A stretch of 64,000 bases of DNA from Lama glama (GCA_028534125.1 CM052816.1:42534001-42598000), one strand, 5' to 3'. Counted from the stretch's first letter, positions 1 to 13,946 are shown. Numbers and translations: made by a program. The notes: generated by a model from the letters alone, not told the origin.

Positions 1-99
1 TCCAGGTCTCTTTGGCCAAACTGAAAACTTCCCCCTTGCTCCCTCTGGGCCTGCACATGTTGATTATCCTTCTAGAACACTTCTGCCCTTCCCCTTGTC

Positions 100-360
100 T
101 AATCATCTGCTCAGGCATCACTTCCTCTAGGAAGCCTTTACCTTGCCCACAAGTCCAGGTAAAGTATCTTCCTGGGGTCCCCTGCCTCCTGGCATTTGTC
201 ACACTGCATCATAATTTCCAGTTTGCTCATCTTTGTCACCCATTAGACAGAGAGCTCCGTGAAGGAGGGACCACATCTGTCAGTCCTTGTCATAAGCCTA
301 TGTACCTCACACATTGCCTGGCATGCAGTCTCTGCCCAATAAATATTTATAAGATGAAGG
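100..360 (+). mobile_element. L2 LINE 3' fragment
   Basis: CATCACTTCCTCTAGGAAGCCTT ... TGCCTGGCAT ... CAATAAATATTT resemble the L2 3' end. Confidence 0.6.
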
Positions 361-1272
361 AACTGATTTTTAAAAAATTGTCTTTGTACTACTGACAGTT
401 ATTAGGAATTTACAAAAATTTTGTCAACCCTTATTTCTTAGCATCATAACAAAGCTACTTCTAATTAAGTTTAGAAATAGAATATCCAAGCTGTAGTGAC
501 ATTTTCATTACTTCTATGTTCTAGTCTGTTTTAAGGCCATAGTCATTTCTTTTTAAAATACTAGTGTAACTGTTACGATGATCCCCTAATATTAGCATAA
601 TACTCTGAATACAAAACTGTCTTCCCGGCCAGTGTTAGTATTCATGATTGTTTAAATAAGAGGTTTTTTAAAAATATTTCTGCAAAAATCTATTGCCCAA
701 TATTTTTTCAATATTTGCTATATCAGCAGATCATCTTATATTTAACAAAATGGTAAATATAAAGTTATCAATGTTTAGGCTCTTCGGGCTAATAATAATA
801 AATTAAACTATGTTTGGTGGGTTTTTTAGCCTTAAAATTAATATCCTATTAAAAATAAAAAGCATTATGGTGGGTCTATTCCATCTAGTCAGTTCTAAAG
901 TATGCATATTATGGTTCCACTAAAAATTAACTTAGAACATTTCTCACACCAATGGTAGACAATTCTTTTAAAAATGAAAGTAGAACTACAGTGTCCATCA
1001 AGACTCTGGTCTTCGAAGACACCAAATACTGATTTTTCAAAATTTTATGGATTTGGTCTCTGAGAGTTTATTTCACCCATTCTATCCAGAATGTGGGGGT
1101 TGGGGGGATGTGATATGAGATGAAGAAGAGAAACTTAAAATTTTTTAAATACATTTTTAAATGACTAACGTGAGTTATCTTGAATTGCAAAGCTATTAAG
1201 GCTGCTTCTCTCGCTTGCCTTTATTGTACAAAATGAGGGACATCCCTAACAAGCCACCGTCTTACTTGACAG

Positions 1273-1436
1273 CTCTGGAGCCTCCCAGCTCAATTGCCTG
1301 GGATTTATACAAGATAAAATTACAGTGTGTGCAACAAATGACTCGTATCAGATGACACGAGAAAGAATGACCCAGGCAGAGGAGGAATCCCGCAACCGAA
1401 GCACAAAAGTTATCAAACCTGGTGGACCATATGTAG
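1273..1436 (+). CDS. ELL2: ELL2 coding exon (human exon 4 equivalent); upstream exons lie outside the window
   Basis: AG at 1271-1272, GT at 1437-1438. Translates (phase 2) [54 protein letters not shown], which I recognise as the ELL N-terminal region. 164 nt; missed by the ORF track. Confidence 0.96.
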
Positions 1437-3319
1437 GTTTGTATAGATATCTTTTTCCTTCTCGCTGATTGATTGGAATAATTCAAGATCACTATAGGTA
1501 AATATTGGCAATATTAACTTAATGAAAACACAGAAATTAGTTTTCAGAACATTTTGAAAAACACGGTCAAAAGTCGTTTGTTCTCTTCATACTGCTGGTA
1601 AATGGTACACATTGAAAAGTTTTGCTTTTTTAATAAATCCTGAATCCTCTGTTGACTATTTGTTATTACTTTATAATACTAGAATCTAGTCAAGTTACTT
1701 TACTATGTGAGATCGTAATGGTGGTATCCTTGTGTTTTCTTTGTCACTGGATGATGTAATTTCAGTGGTGGACAGTATGGTTCTTACTTTGCACTTCTGT
1801 AGAGTTATTTTTATAGATAAAATCTGTTAGTAGAACTTAAGAGTTTTCAGTCAGTAGAATTTCAAAGGATCTTTGCACAACAAGGAATTTTTATTGCAAA
1901 AGTATAAAATGTGCCTATTGCAAAGCATTAGGGTGATGTTTCTTTGGTACCTTAATTGTGATGTCATTCCTCATCTACCCATTAATTAAGAGCCTGCCCC
2001 ACGCCATCATCTTTATCATCAGCTCACTCAGATATCCATCAGATGGAAGGGAAGTAAGACCAGACCAGCAGGATGAGTCTGTCCTTTATGAGCAGTGACC
2101 CTGATGATTTTAGAGTCAATTCACAGTGACTATTAACAAAAATACAGAGAACTATCATGAGTGAGGATGAGCTCTTTGAGGCCTTCGTCAGTTGATAACA
2201 CTGGTCACTGGATAGTAAGTGATGAAAGGATATTATTTTGAAAACATAAATGCTCACAAAAACAGTCTCTGAAATTACCAGTCCCTTAATCAACATCTTT
2301 CCATGGTTTGGTATAATTCTACTTCTGTATTTTCCCATTGCTGACCCAGCTACAATACACTTGGCCTTGAGAAGCTCCACTAGTATCTTTAATAAGTATT
2401 TCTTTGGAACAGAGCCAGTGCCCCTGGGACTTGGTGCTTAGCTTAGATACATTTAGTTTGGTTTAACAACAATTCACAGTTTCCCCAGGTATCTATACCC
2501 ACCGGGCCTAGTTCCCTGCCAAGTAAGTTACCAGCAATGAGAGTTTTCATCTTCTCTTTCCTACTGAATGAGGTAACAACTTCCAACCTCCTTACTTCTT
2601 TCTTCTCACAAGTAACTTAGTTAACTTTAGTAGGCTAAATCTCAGATTGTTTTTAAAATGTGCAAGATCTGCTGAACTTAAATTTAAGTTGAAGCTATGA
2701 ATTTGCTGTCCCTGTTGCTTTGAGACTGTTTTTTTTTTAATCTGCCCAATATCATCAATTTATAAACAGTGAGACAAATTGGTGTGTTTAACAAAGGATA
2801 GAAGACTCAAGCCATCAAAGTGATGATTTCTTCCTCCCAGTATAACTAGCTGGAAACCACCACGTTGATTTATTCCAAAGCTTGAAAATCAGCAATGATC
2901 ACTGTACTTTTCCATTGAAAGATCCTTGGATGTCCCCTACGTTCATGTGTTTTTGTTTGTTTTGATAAGTTCAGTACAGTTCATTCGCAGTTTACACAAC
3001 AGACTTTTCACCATCCAGAATCACACAGGCCATACACACTAATTGAACAGGAATTTTAGAACTTGCAGAATTTCTTACAGGGACTACAAATAACTTATAT
3101 ACATTTTTGAGAGTGACCACATAAAATCTGAGGTTACCTAATTTTAAATCTGAACCAGATCACATCTATGCACACGTATGTTCCCCCCACAGAGCCCTCC
3201 CTGCAGTGATCCCTGCCAGCCAGGTGCTCTGTTTAGCCTTCTCCTCAGTGCTATGTCCTCAGTGCCCTGGGCTGTTCACCATCACAGCACAGTGTTCTTC
3301 TCTGGTCTTAAATCTTTTC

Positions 3320-3510
3320 ATTAACCTCCTCAGCCTTTTTTTCTCTAGGTCAAATAACCCCAGCTCCTTTCAACTTTTCTTAATATGGCCTGTATCCTAA
3401 CCCTTTAATTACTTTTATTGCTCTCCTCTGGACTGCCTCCAGTTCTTCACCTCAGGATTCAAAACTGCACATGCTACTCTTAAGAAAAGTGATCAATTCT
3501 GAATACAGTA
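3320..3510 (-). mobile_element. CR1/L3 LINE fragment
   Basis: TTCTCTAGGTCAAATAACCCCAGCTCCTTTCAAC ... TTGCTCTCCTCTGGAC ... AAAACTGCACATGCTACTC resemble antisense CR1 ORF2. Confidence 0.5.
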
Positions 3511-3711
3511 GAGCAAAAGAACGGAATCCTCATTGGCTTTTCTGATGTTTCTCATTTTTTACTTTTCTTTGTTTACTCTCTTTGTTATTCTTCTTTGTTG
3601 GCAGGTTTTGATCTTTTTCTTTTAACTTCATCCACTTCCAGGCCTTTACCATGTTTCTTTCCTTCCAGGCCATTCAGTTTTTACCCTCCAGCTTTTTTTT
3701 AGTATCTCAAA

Positions 3712-3850
3712 TACTAATATTATTCAGCACTTATTGAGTCCTTGCTATGCACAAGGCACTGGTTAGCACTTTACATGTAGTTACTCATCTAAATCTACCA
3801 GTCGCCCTATGCGGTAGGTTATGATTACCTCTCTATTTTGCCATGTCAAG
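3712..3850 (-). mobile_element. MIR SINE
   Basis: TTATTGAG...AGGCACTG...AGCACTTTACATG...TCATCTAAATC is the reverse complement of the MIR 3' half. Confidence 0.6.
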
Positions 3851-4599
3851 TTATTGGTATTAGCCAATAGCAAATGATAGGAGCTTGGTCTCATTAACAA
3901 GTTATGTTTTTTTCATAAGATAATAGGAGATACATCTTTAGTTCATAATGGAATATATCATATAAAATGATACCAAAAGCTCACTTCTGCCAGCTTAGAA
4001 TCCCCTGTAGAACGAGATTTCTTTTAATAGTGTCAGCCGGGATGAAGGACAAATGAGAATAACGCTGGTCTCACTGTGGGGCTGTTGTGACATCATGACA
4101 GGCCTCTGACAGTTGAATTAGGGCACAAGCCCAGTTTAAGTGGAGGAAACTTGTACTCCTAGGGGTCAGCTGGCCCAGGCACCCAGGAATATGAGCTTCT
4201 GTGACTTTCTGGTGGGCTGGGGAAAAAAGCCCACTTTGCCTGGAGAAGAGCAGGAGAAGCTTTAACCTAGAAGACATTGTTATTATTTCTTCAGTAATAT
4301 TTCCACTTCCAGTCATGCCATTTGTATCAATGATGAGCACTGTTGAGTTGTTAAAAGCTTTTCCCTTTGTTTAAAAAAAAAAAAAAACCACTTACCACTT
4401 CTAGTTTACCAGTATCTGAGGTCTATTCACTGACTCCTATGTAAATTCTGGAAATTTACTGAATTGTACATTTGTAAACAAGCCAGTATTTATTTAGGTA
4501 CATAAAATAACCCAACCAACCTAATTTCTAGGATCATTTTTCCAATATTCCCAACTTGTGCCCTTATCCTCCTTACTTTTGATGAGTTGGTACATGTTT

Positions 4600-4715
4600 G
4601 AGTGACCTTGGACAAATCACTTAACATCTGGAGACCTTAATTTTCTCAAATATTAAGTAAGGGGTTTTTTGAACGTAGATAACATCTAAGGTCCTTTGTA
4701 GTAACATTCTGTGAC
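4600..4715 (+). mobile_element. MIR SINE fragment
   Basis: GTGACCTTGGACAAATCACTTAAC core. Confidence 0.55.
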
Positions 4716-6504
4716 TGTTGTGTGTATGTGTTTTGCTAGTAAACCTTTTGAAGAAATGAAGCAAATGCTAAATAGTAGAGATGGATTCCATTGCAGTGGA
4801 TTATGTTAAACCCTGACAGAGTCACAGTATCATCAAGGTCTTGCCAGTGTTTTTCAGACCTCGTCAGTGTTGCCAGGGTTTCTGGTTAGGTTCCACAGAA
4901 CAGAAAAACAGTTGCAGAAGACGGCCATGGTCCCCATTCGCTTTCTGACAGTCTGTTTTAACACCTTCCTCTCAGATTGTTTGCTCAGTCATTAGACAGA
5001 GGGATAAGTACTTTTACCATCTCATATTAAATGGAGAAGCTAGAAGTGGACTCCTTGTTACGAAACAATGGTTCAGATATGGTCCCAGATTACCCAAGCC
5101 TGTCGGACCCGCTGCTGCTGTTTATATAAGGAGCCCAGGGAATTGATTAGCAGTTGGGTCTGGGAAGAGAATTAAGTTCTCCCACAGGCTTTATTAAAAG
5201 AGCTTTTCTGAGGCAAATGTAAAAAATAAAAATAAAGCCTTTCTTCTGCCCACTTTGAACCTGAAATTTTGATGCGCTACGTTTTGTTTGTGTTTGTTTG
5301 TTTTTGGTTTTAGCACCTCAATCTGTAACTACTTATATAGCACTGATATTTTCTTCACTTACAGCCTTTCTTACTTTAAACCAGAGGACTCCTTCCTGGT
5401 TGAATAGGCACAAATTGATGGAGAGACAGGGAGAAAGTGACATTTGTGTAAAACTCCGTGGCCCAGTGTGGCTGGACTGTTCTTTCATGATTTGAAAGAA
5501 ATGGGTTACCCCATGACTGGCTGTTAAAAATGAGGTAAAGGTGAAGTGAGTGTTTTGAGGGTGGGAGATTTTATGGACTGATGACAGCCTAGCATCAGGC
5601 CTCTGATGAGACTCCAATGCTGTCATGTCGTTGACCAGATTCTAATCTCTTGTCAAACACCACACTTTTTAGACCCCTCTTAAAGGCTAAGTGAACCTCC
5701 CTTATTTGTCTACCCTATGTCTACTTCAGGGAAAGGTGAGGGTAAACTCTGGAGACCTTGAGGATCAGAGGTCAGTTAGATTACCGAAGAGGCAGGGTAG
5801 CCTGGAACACAGGGGTAGTACTGTTTTCATTTTTATTGCCTTCCTTGCTCATCTGAATTCATTCTAAGTGACCAGTCATGGTGTGTGAACTTAGCTAAGA
5901 AAATTCCCTGCCCATCCCCCTCCTCAGAGAAGGGTGTAGGGGAGGGCTCCACAGTCACCTTGGTTTGGGGAGTAGAAGTCAAACAGGTTTCAAAGGGGAG
6001 GGGACTGTGGAATTTATAGCATGTGCTAAACTTTTGTGACTCTAACCCTATTCTTTCCACAAATTCCTATTAAAATTTCAAGGAATAGTACTGCTTGCTA
6101 ACACTATTGCAACTGAGAAGCGGTAGATTGGAAGGTTTTCATTTGCCATATTAAAAATTTCAATGTGTCTTCAGACTCTGGCAGGCTGGTGATAGGGGAA
6201 AATACAGGACAAGCCACCTTAATTCTGTTCCTCTGCTGTCTGCTTGTTCTTTTCCTGTCATTCACTTGCTAGTCATTTCACTTTGTGAGTCATCAAAATC
6301 TGATTTGAGGTCTGCTGATAGACAAAGCAGCCACAGCCCTGCCTACAGGAAGCTTGTAGCTTAACATGAAGTGATGGCAGACATTAGGCATTTGTTCATA
6401 AAAACCTTTCCAACAAAGAAGTACAAGTAAGAAAACTTGGGTATTAATCACAGAATCTTCCAAAATGCTAAGTGAGTGCTTTGCCATTTGAGCTTAGCCC
6501 ATTG

Positions 6505-6620
6505 AAAGCCTCAGTTTTCTCATCTGTGAAATGGGACCAATGCCTCCCTCATCAGGTTACTGTGAGACTTAACATGTGGAAAGCACATGACATTGTGCCT
6601 CGCATAATTGGTACATGACA
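6505..6620 (+). mobile_element. MIR SINE fragment
   Basis: GCCTCAGTTTTCTCATCTGTGAAATGGG core. Confidence 0.65.
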
Positions 6621-8058
6621 AACAGTTCTCTGCCCATCTGACATTGATCTATCCATCGCTAAATGAAGAACATACAGAAACCAGGTCTAAAACAGTCTCC
6701 CAAACTCTAATTGTATCTTAAGTTAATAGCTTTTCTTGGCACCAGGCAGTGACCTTTGAATGTTGAGTTCCTTTGTTGTGCAGTATTTTGGTTTGATATT
6801 TACAATTGGTTATGTAAGCAGCCCCTCTGGCCAGGCCTTGGAGCCCAACATGAACAAAACTACCATTCAGTAAAGCTGTTGCCCCATTAAGCTGTTTTCA
6901 CCCAAAACCGCAGCACCTAAGAGACTGCTTTTACTTATCCATTGTTTGCAGTTGCTAGTCTTGTCCCTAATGCAGTCGCTCCACACTGTATATTATGACC
7001 AATTCTTCCCCATTTATAACCAGTGGTCATAGATTTGGAGGCTTTGGTAGTGAGTTATGAAATTTCACCTCAGAAATTATAAAGTGAGGGTCTTAGACAG
7101 TTTCATTCTGTTTCTTCAGTAAGGAATGATTACCAGGTGTTGTCAGTGACAAGCCATGTCCTGATAGTGTCACACGTCCACATAGTATCCAGGTCACTAC
7201 AGCCCACGGTATTTTCTACAAATAGCCACTTGCCAAACACTTGTCATTGTGAAGTTTAAGTGGAAAGTGGGTTAATTATATATGGACGGCACTGGCCTGT
7301 GCAGGAATGGTGTGGAGACCTCCTTTTACCACTTTCCATTCCTCTTAACTCACCAGTGTAGTCTCAGCACCACAGAGGGGAGACGTGCGTGTGTAGCCCT
7401 CTGAGTCTGTGTTGCTGGTTGGTTAGTTTTGTTTGTTTTACTTTTTGACTCCTAAAATTTGTTATGGTCTGTTAAAAAGGAGTATCACTTGTGGATGCCC
7501 TGGTGAACTGACCCGAAATTATGCCTGACTCCCCTGTTTGTGGCTTCTGAATCTGTGAAATTAAGATAATGCCTGAGCTCAGCCTGGAATGTGTCCTTAG
7601 TGAGATAGGTATTTCTCACATTTCACATGTTCCTTGCATTCATGTCTGCCAAAGAAATGACATATAATATGTAGATTTAAGTTCTGCAAATAGCTCAGGT
7701 AAGCATGGAAATTACTTTATTTCTATTTAATGTCAAGTACCTACAACCTTCAAATTTCCAGTCTGTTATTATGGTATGGGTCACTTATTATTATCCATTT
7801 ATAGCTAAGTGGCCAGAATATTTCTAAAATACATGTTTATTCCAATAAATGATTCCATCAAAAACTCCAAATCCATATTTTAGGTCATTTATTCAGAATG
7901 CTTTCTGTTTGCATATTTTTTCAAAGTAAAAACTGAAATACGAAGTCTTTACTCCCTCTAGAAATAAAGAGGTACCTAAATCAGAGTTGTGGAAATTGAG
8001 ATGTATATTATTATATTATTACCCACAAATGTGTAAGTGTCATTTCTACTGGACTTAG

Positions 8059-8318
8059 GGAAAAGAGTACAAATTCGGAAAGCACCTCAAGCTGTTTCAG
8101 ATGCAGTGCCTGAAAGAAAAAGGTCAACCCCCATGAACCCTGCAAATACGATTCGAAAGATACACAACAGCAGCAGTGTTTCCCAGCGGCCATATCGGGA
8201 CAGGGTAATCCACTTACTGGCGCTGAAGGCCTACAAGAAACCTGAGCTGCTGGCTCGACTGCAGAAAGATGGTGTCAATCAGAAAGACAAGAACTCCCTC
8301 GGAGCAATTCTGCAACAG
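8059..8318 (+). CDS. ELL2: ELL2 coding exon (exon 5 equivalent)
   Basis: ttag|GG acceptor, CAG|gtgagg donor. Encodes GKRVQIRKAPQAVSD...RDRVIHLLALKAYKKPELLARLQKDGVNQKDKNSLGAILQQ. Phase joins the previous exon (G|GG). 260 nt. Confidence 0.97.
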
Positions 8319-9714
8319 GTGAGGACAGCTGGGGACAGCTCCTTCCACTCACCTTCTTGTTGGGAAGTTTATTTAAGAAGGCTTGTTGTTGTTTTCATCA
8401 TTAGTGAGGTAGAGTAATTTCAGAATTATTTTGATCAATGGCATATGAAATATACCTCCTGATTACTAAATCTCTTGTTTTAAACATTTAATTAAACAAT
8501 AACTGAAATGTGGGTATTTATGCCAGGTTTTATAAGTTAGAGGCTTCTTAATTATTCATTTAAAAAGTTTTGAGTCATTGTCTTCAAACAAATTTTGCCC
8601 TGAAATTCTATGAGAAGAATAAACAAGTCTTGAATCACCTAAACTATTGTCGTAATTTTTATTGGTTTATGTAGATGAAGCTATACAATTTTTTTTTAAT
8701 CATCCTTTGGTTGGTGTTGGCTAGAATGTCTTTACCTACTGAATACCTACTGAATGTGTCTTGCCCTGCCTGCTCTTTTTGCCTGTAATACTCCGCCTTT
8801 GGGTATACTGAAATCAATCACCTGTCTTCATTAAAGAATATGAACATGAAAACTATTAGCTCTGGTCAGTTACCTTATAATCACAAGCTTAAATATAAAG
8901 TTAAAGTCAACAGTTCACCAGACTGTGGCTTCCTGTATTTTTCAGACTGACTTTGGGTCATAAATATTGATTAGCATTCAAATCCACCTGCTTTAGTCTA
9001 CTTTGTCTATTTTTTTTCTAAAGCAGTAATATTTCCAAAGTTGTTCTTCAATTTCATCATTTAAAAAAAACCCTGCAGGTTTTCATCTGTTATTCTAATA
9101 ATAATACTTCTAAGTCTGTTTTTTCAGTTATTTTCTCTTATATTCAAAACATGATACCAACTGTCATGAAAGAGTAAAAGTGTAATCTCCAGTTCTGGGT
9201 TAACCTATCCTCAAGAGTATCTTGGGCGATCTCAAGGATTTTATTAATCATTCGAGCACTTTTTGAAAACACTTAATTTAAATCCATATGTTACATAACA
9301 GTTTTAAGAGCTCAAGAGACAGGATGAAAGAATGGATGAGGATAAGGGTGTGGGTGTGTGTGTTCAATTTTTTACTTAGGGAAAGGGGGCAGTTCAGGTC
9401 ACTAAATATTTGGTGACTGAATCTTCAGAAAGGTTGTAAATTACCTCCTAGGTTAGAGGATAAGAAGGCTAAATGATGGCCGTACACGCAGAGGCTACTA
9501 CTGACACATGTCAGTGGTTACAGGAGCGAGTGTATGAATATAGACAGAATTTTAAAGTGTAGGTATACTTAATTCCTGAGCAAGTAGGACATGAATGTCA
9601 TTACTGTTGATTATTTGGTAGAATCTAGAGCATAGTCTAACCCTAGCTGCCTATTAGAATACCTTAGGGAGCTTTTTAAAAATGCCAGTTCCTGGTCTTC
9701 ACTCAAGTAAGTGG

Positions 9715-10150
9715 AGCAACTGAATGGATATTGAGCCTTTGACTGATGGAGAGGGATGGAAAAGGAACAAGTATAAGGGGATGGGGGTGGGAATCAGGAA
9801 TCCTGTCTTACATACATTCTGTTTGGAAAATGTCTATTAGACATATCCAAATGGAGATGGATATTCAGTAGGTAGTTACATATAAGAGTCTGGTGTTCAG
9901 AGGACATTTGGAGCTGGAATTGTAAATTAAGAGCTAGCAAAATACCAATTGGATATTGAAAACCTTAAAGCTGAGTGAAATACTCTTAGGAGGAGATGTG
10001 GATAATGAAGAAAACAAGGCAGAAGACAGGTCCTAAGCACTCCAGCATAGAGAGGAGTGAGCAGAGGAGACTTGAGAAAAAAGGTCCTGAGGGAGGAGGC
10101 AGAAACAAGAAGATTCCACTACAGAAGTCTAGAGAAGGGTTAGGATGTTG
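9715..10150 (-). mobile_element. L2 LINE fragment, preceded by a MER5-like piece at ~9635-9700
   Basis: Purine-rich AGACATATCCAAATGGAGATG...GAGTCTGGTGTTCAGAGGA...GGAGCTGGAATTGTAAATT is typical of antisense L2. Confidence 0.5.
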
Positions 10151-11206
10151 TCAGTATGTGTGGTGCTGGGGATAATAGGAAGTCTTAAAGATTGTATTTA
10201 TTCCACTTTGAGAAATCCAGCTATATCTCATGTTAATTTATTTTCAAATTTGAATTTTAACATAAGCCTATCATTTTATACTTAAATCAACTTTAATGTT
10301 AGTATTCAGCTTAGCTATGAGAAAAGCATGAACTACTATAATATATTTGATAGTACTTTTAAAAGACACAGAAATAAGTGAAGTTATTTAAAAAAAAATA
10401 AAAAGACCATTGCAGTGGGAAATGACCAGAAGAATATCTTTCTGCCAGACTCTTGGTCTGGCCCTGAATCTGTACATTTGTGTTGTTAATGGAGCCTAGG
10501 TCTTCTAAAAGAACTATAGTTAAGGGATAAGAAAAGATTACACTTGGAAATAAACTGGCTGACTAATCATAGTAATTTGGGGGTTATTTTGGTTTATATT
10601 TATATTTATTGGTTTTGAGGAATTTCAAAGACTTTGAAAAAGTGGTTCTTCAGGAGAAAGACAGCTTTTAGGTGCAAACTTTAGCAAGTCAAGAAAATGA
10701 CAGACAAGGTTATCAGAAATGACACTATTTATGGAGATAATTTCTGGAAATTACTGAAGGGAAAGTTTGTAAACTAACGTATGGGCACTATTTAGTTTCT
10801 ACTTAATATAAGTGATCAAGGACTTGTACTGTGACTCAAAAGTAATGGAGTCAATTGCCAGAAATAAATAATGAAGTTGTTAACAAAACTATTTAGATTC
10901 CTTTGACTAGAAAAAGAGAATTGATTTAAAAAATCTTCCTCTACTTTTTACATAATGTAGGGTTACTCTTTGACAAATGCAGTGGCCATCTAGGAGGAAG
11001 ATTTTTTTTAACTATTTATATAAGGTTTTATTTAACTCCCCAAGTGAAGTCATATAAGCTTTTATTGAGATCTGGTATATGCAGAACTAGCGGTCCCTTT
11101 GGGACCAATTGGTATAGTTATTTTCAGTATAAATCCAAAAGGTTTCCTGTTTTAGGTTAGGAAATAGCAAAAAGATCTAATGCTTTGTTTTCACACTATT
11201 TACCAG

Positions 11207-11331
11207 GTAGCCAATCTGAATCCTAAGGACCTCTCATATACCTTAAAGGATTATGTTTTTAAAGAGCTTCAAAGAGACTGGCCTGGATACAATGAAATAG
11301 ACAGACGGTCATTAGAATCAGTGCTCTCGAG
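11207..11331 (+). CDS. ELL2: ELL2 coding exon (exon 6 equivalent)
   Basis: ccag|GTA acceptor, AG|gtaagt donor. Encodes VANLNPKDLSYTLKDYVFKELQRDWPGYNEIDRRSLESVLS. 125 nt. Confidence 0.97.
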
Positions 11332-11493
11332 GTAAGTTCTTTTTTTTTTTTCCTTCAAAAAATTATGCAAATAATTAATTTTTTAGTCATTGTTATTTTA
11401 GTGTTGAGATAGGAAAAAAGAAGCAAGGGTAAGCTTTCTATCATGAACGTTCGAAAATTGTCTCCCTAACTGGAATATGTGTGTCATTTACAG

Positions 11494-11581
11494 AAAACTA
11501 AATCCATCTCAGAATGCTGCCAGCACCAGCCGTTCAGAATCTCCTGTATGTTCTAGTAGAGACACTGCATCTTCTCCTCAG
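11494..11581 (+). CDS. ELL2: ELL2 coding exon (exon 7 equivalent)
   Basis: acag|A acceptor, CAG|gtagtt donor. Encodes (R)KLNPSQNAASTSRSESPVCSSRDTASSPQ. 88 nt, phase consistent. Confidence 0.95.
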
Positions 11582-11619
11582 GTAGTTCATAAAATTATCT
11601 AAAGCATAATGGACTTAAG

Positions 11620-11790
11620 TGGCCACTTTGTTCAGATTGTCTAATTCATACAGGAGAGAAATGAGGCCCATAAAAACTCCACAGCTTCCCTACCCAAAGT
11701 CACGTAGGTAGTTCATGACAGTGCTCACTCTAGAATACAGGCCCCAGCTCCTAGTCCAGAACTCTTTTCCACTACGTAGCACTGCTTGTC
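11620..11790 (-). mobile_element. MIR SINE
   Basis: GAGAAATGAGGCCC...CCCAAAGTCAC...CTAGAATACAGG...CTCCTAGTCCAG...CTTTTCCACTAC. Confidence 0.55.
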
Positions 11791-13378
11791 AAAGTACTTC
11801 ATGTCTACCTGGCTTTGCAATTCTTAAAGTTTACATTTTGTTGCAAGATTATCTACTTTTCCATTACACTAACTAGAAGACATACCCAGTCCCATATCCA
11901 GTCTTAGATCATATAGAAAATTGGAGATATTTAAATTTATCTGAAGCACGTTCCAGAAAAATATTCTTAGGGAAAAATGTTTTTAAAATAAGCAAATAAA
12001 AAATTCTGCCATTTTCATGTATGCTTTCTTAAAGCACTTTTTGATTAGACCCAAGCAGAATATTCCAGTTAAACTCCATTCCAGCATAGACTTCCCCCAA
12101 AGAGATTCTGCTCGAAAAAGGTGGAGAGATCCTGGGCAGTCTAAGAGTTCAAGCCCACCTGGTTCTCAGACAACCTTGACTTCTCTCAGGTCTTTGGGAC
12201 TGGCAGGGAGGCAGATCTCTCTATCCCAGGACTGCCAACAGAGTGCTCCTCTCTCTGGACCCCCTCCCAAGGCTTAGGGAGATGGGACAGATGTGTGGAG
12301 AACAGTAAGCATGCCCTGGGCAAAAGGCTATTCACATGTCAGAAAATGTTAGAAACCTATTGTGAGGAACAGAGGAGGAACAAGATAAAAGCAGCTCTGT
12401 CCTTGCATGTATGTTGTCTAAAGAAGCCTTAAATGCCAACTACTATAAAGCTGCTTATACTCTGATCTAATTATATACTGGGTGTGAGATCAATGGTGCT
12501 GAATTGAACACAGAATAAATTAATGTGATGATTAACTATTAGTCTCTTCCAAGCTGAAGTTTAAGCCGCAGTATTACATTGGATGTATGCTTTGTACTTT
12601 TCAACTATCTGAATTTACTTTTTAATTTAAATAGTTATTGTTGTTGCTGGATTGGGCCAATACTAGCATAGTTTTTAAAATTTTTTGAAATGGTAATTCC
12701 GCATCATTTTTATAGACCAGTTATTAAGACTTATCTTCCAATCCAGCAAAGAGATATATTTAAGGAGGAAGAAATTGGATAGTATTTCAGCATTGATAGA
12801 GATACATAGAGCAATTATTCCGAAGATGATGGTTGTTCTTATCTTAACACAGGTGACATAACAAATGACAGCCAAAATATTTGTAACTGGAGCATCTTAA
12901 AACATTAGAAGACATCAAAGAAGTGTAGACTTATTGCCCTTTACCTACCCTTGTTGGTTCTGACAACTGACAATGGTAGAAACTACTCCCTCATCTCACT
13001 GAATATAGCTAGGTCAGCTCTGGCCAGCAGAGGAAGGAGGCCACCTCTATTTAATACACTTCTGAGTGGTATAATCCACATAAATTGGGCTAGTCTCTCA
13101 AGTCTCTTAGGGTGGGGCTGTATGATCTGAAAGTGTTGAGTACTCCAAGAAATATATATTGCCATATATTGCCAGATTCTGCTTTTTCACCTTAGACAGG
13201 AAAACTTATTGTATATTGTTTGTGCTTAAGCTTAGAGAATGGTTAACACAACACTGATGAATTTAAATTGGTTATAAATTTAAGTATGAATAAAATTGTT
13301 CATATAGTAACGAGTAACACATTTATTGAATTTTAGTGCAAACTGGCTCATTTTTTTTCCTGTTTATTCCCCCACCAG

Positions 13379-13946
13379 AAACGGCTTTTAGATTCAGATT
13401 TCATTGATCCTTTAATGAATAAAAAAGCTCGAATATCTCACCTGACAAGTAGAGTGCCGCCAACATTAAATGGTCATTTGAATCCCACCAATGAAAAATC
13501 TGCTGCAGGCCTCCCGCCGCCCCCTGCAGCTGCTGCCATCCCTACCCCTCCGCCGCTGCCTTCAACCCACCTGCCTGTCTCCAATCCACCTCAGACTGTA
13601 AACTCTAACTCCAACTCCCCTAGCACTCCAGAAGGCCGGGGGACTCAAGACCTACCTGTTGACAGTTTTAGTCAAAACGGTAGTATCTATGAGGACCAGC
13701 AAGACAAATATACCTCTAGGACTTCTCTGGAAACCTTACCCCCTGGTTCAGTTCTACTAAAGTGTCCAAAGCCTATGGAAGAAAACCATTCGTCTCACAA
13801 AAAGTCCAAGAAGAAGTCTAAAAAACACAAGGAAAAGGACCAAATAAAAAAGCATGACACTGAGATGATTGAGGAAAAGGAGGAGGACCTTAAAAGAGAA
13901 GAGGAAATTGCCAAGCTGAACAACTCCAGTCCAGATTCCAATGAAG
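13379..13946 (+). CDS. ELL2: ELL2 coding exon (exon 8 equivalent; Pro-rich and Lys-rich regions)
   Basis: Polypyrimidine tract + ccag|AAA, GAAG|gtattt donor. Encodes KRLLDSDFIDPLMNKKARISHL...PPPPAAAAIPTPPPLP...HKKSKKKSKKHKEK...PDSNE. 568 nt. Confidence 0.97.
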
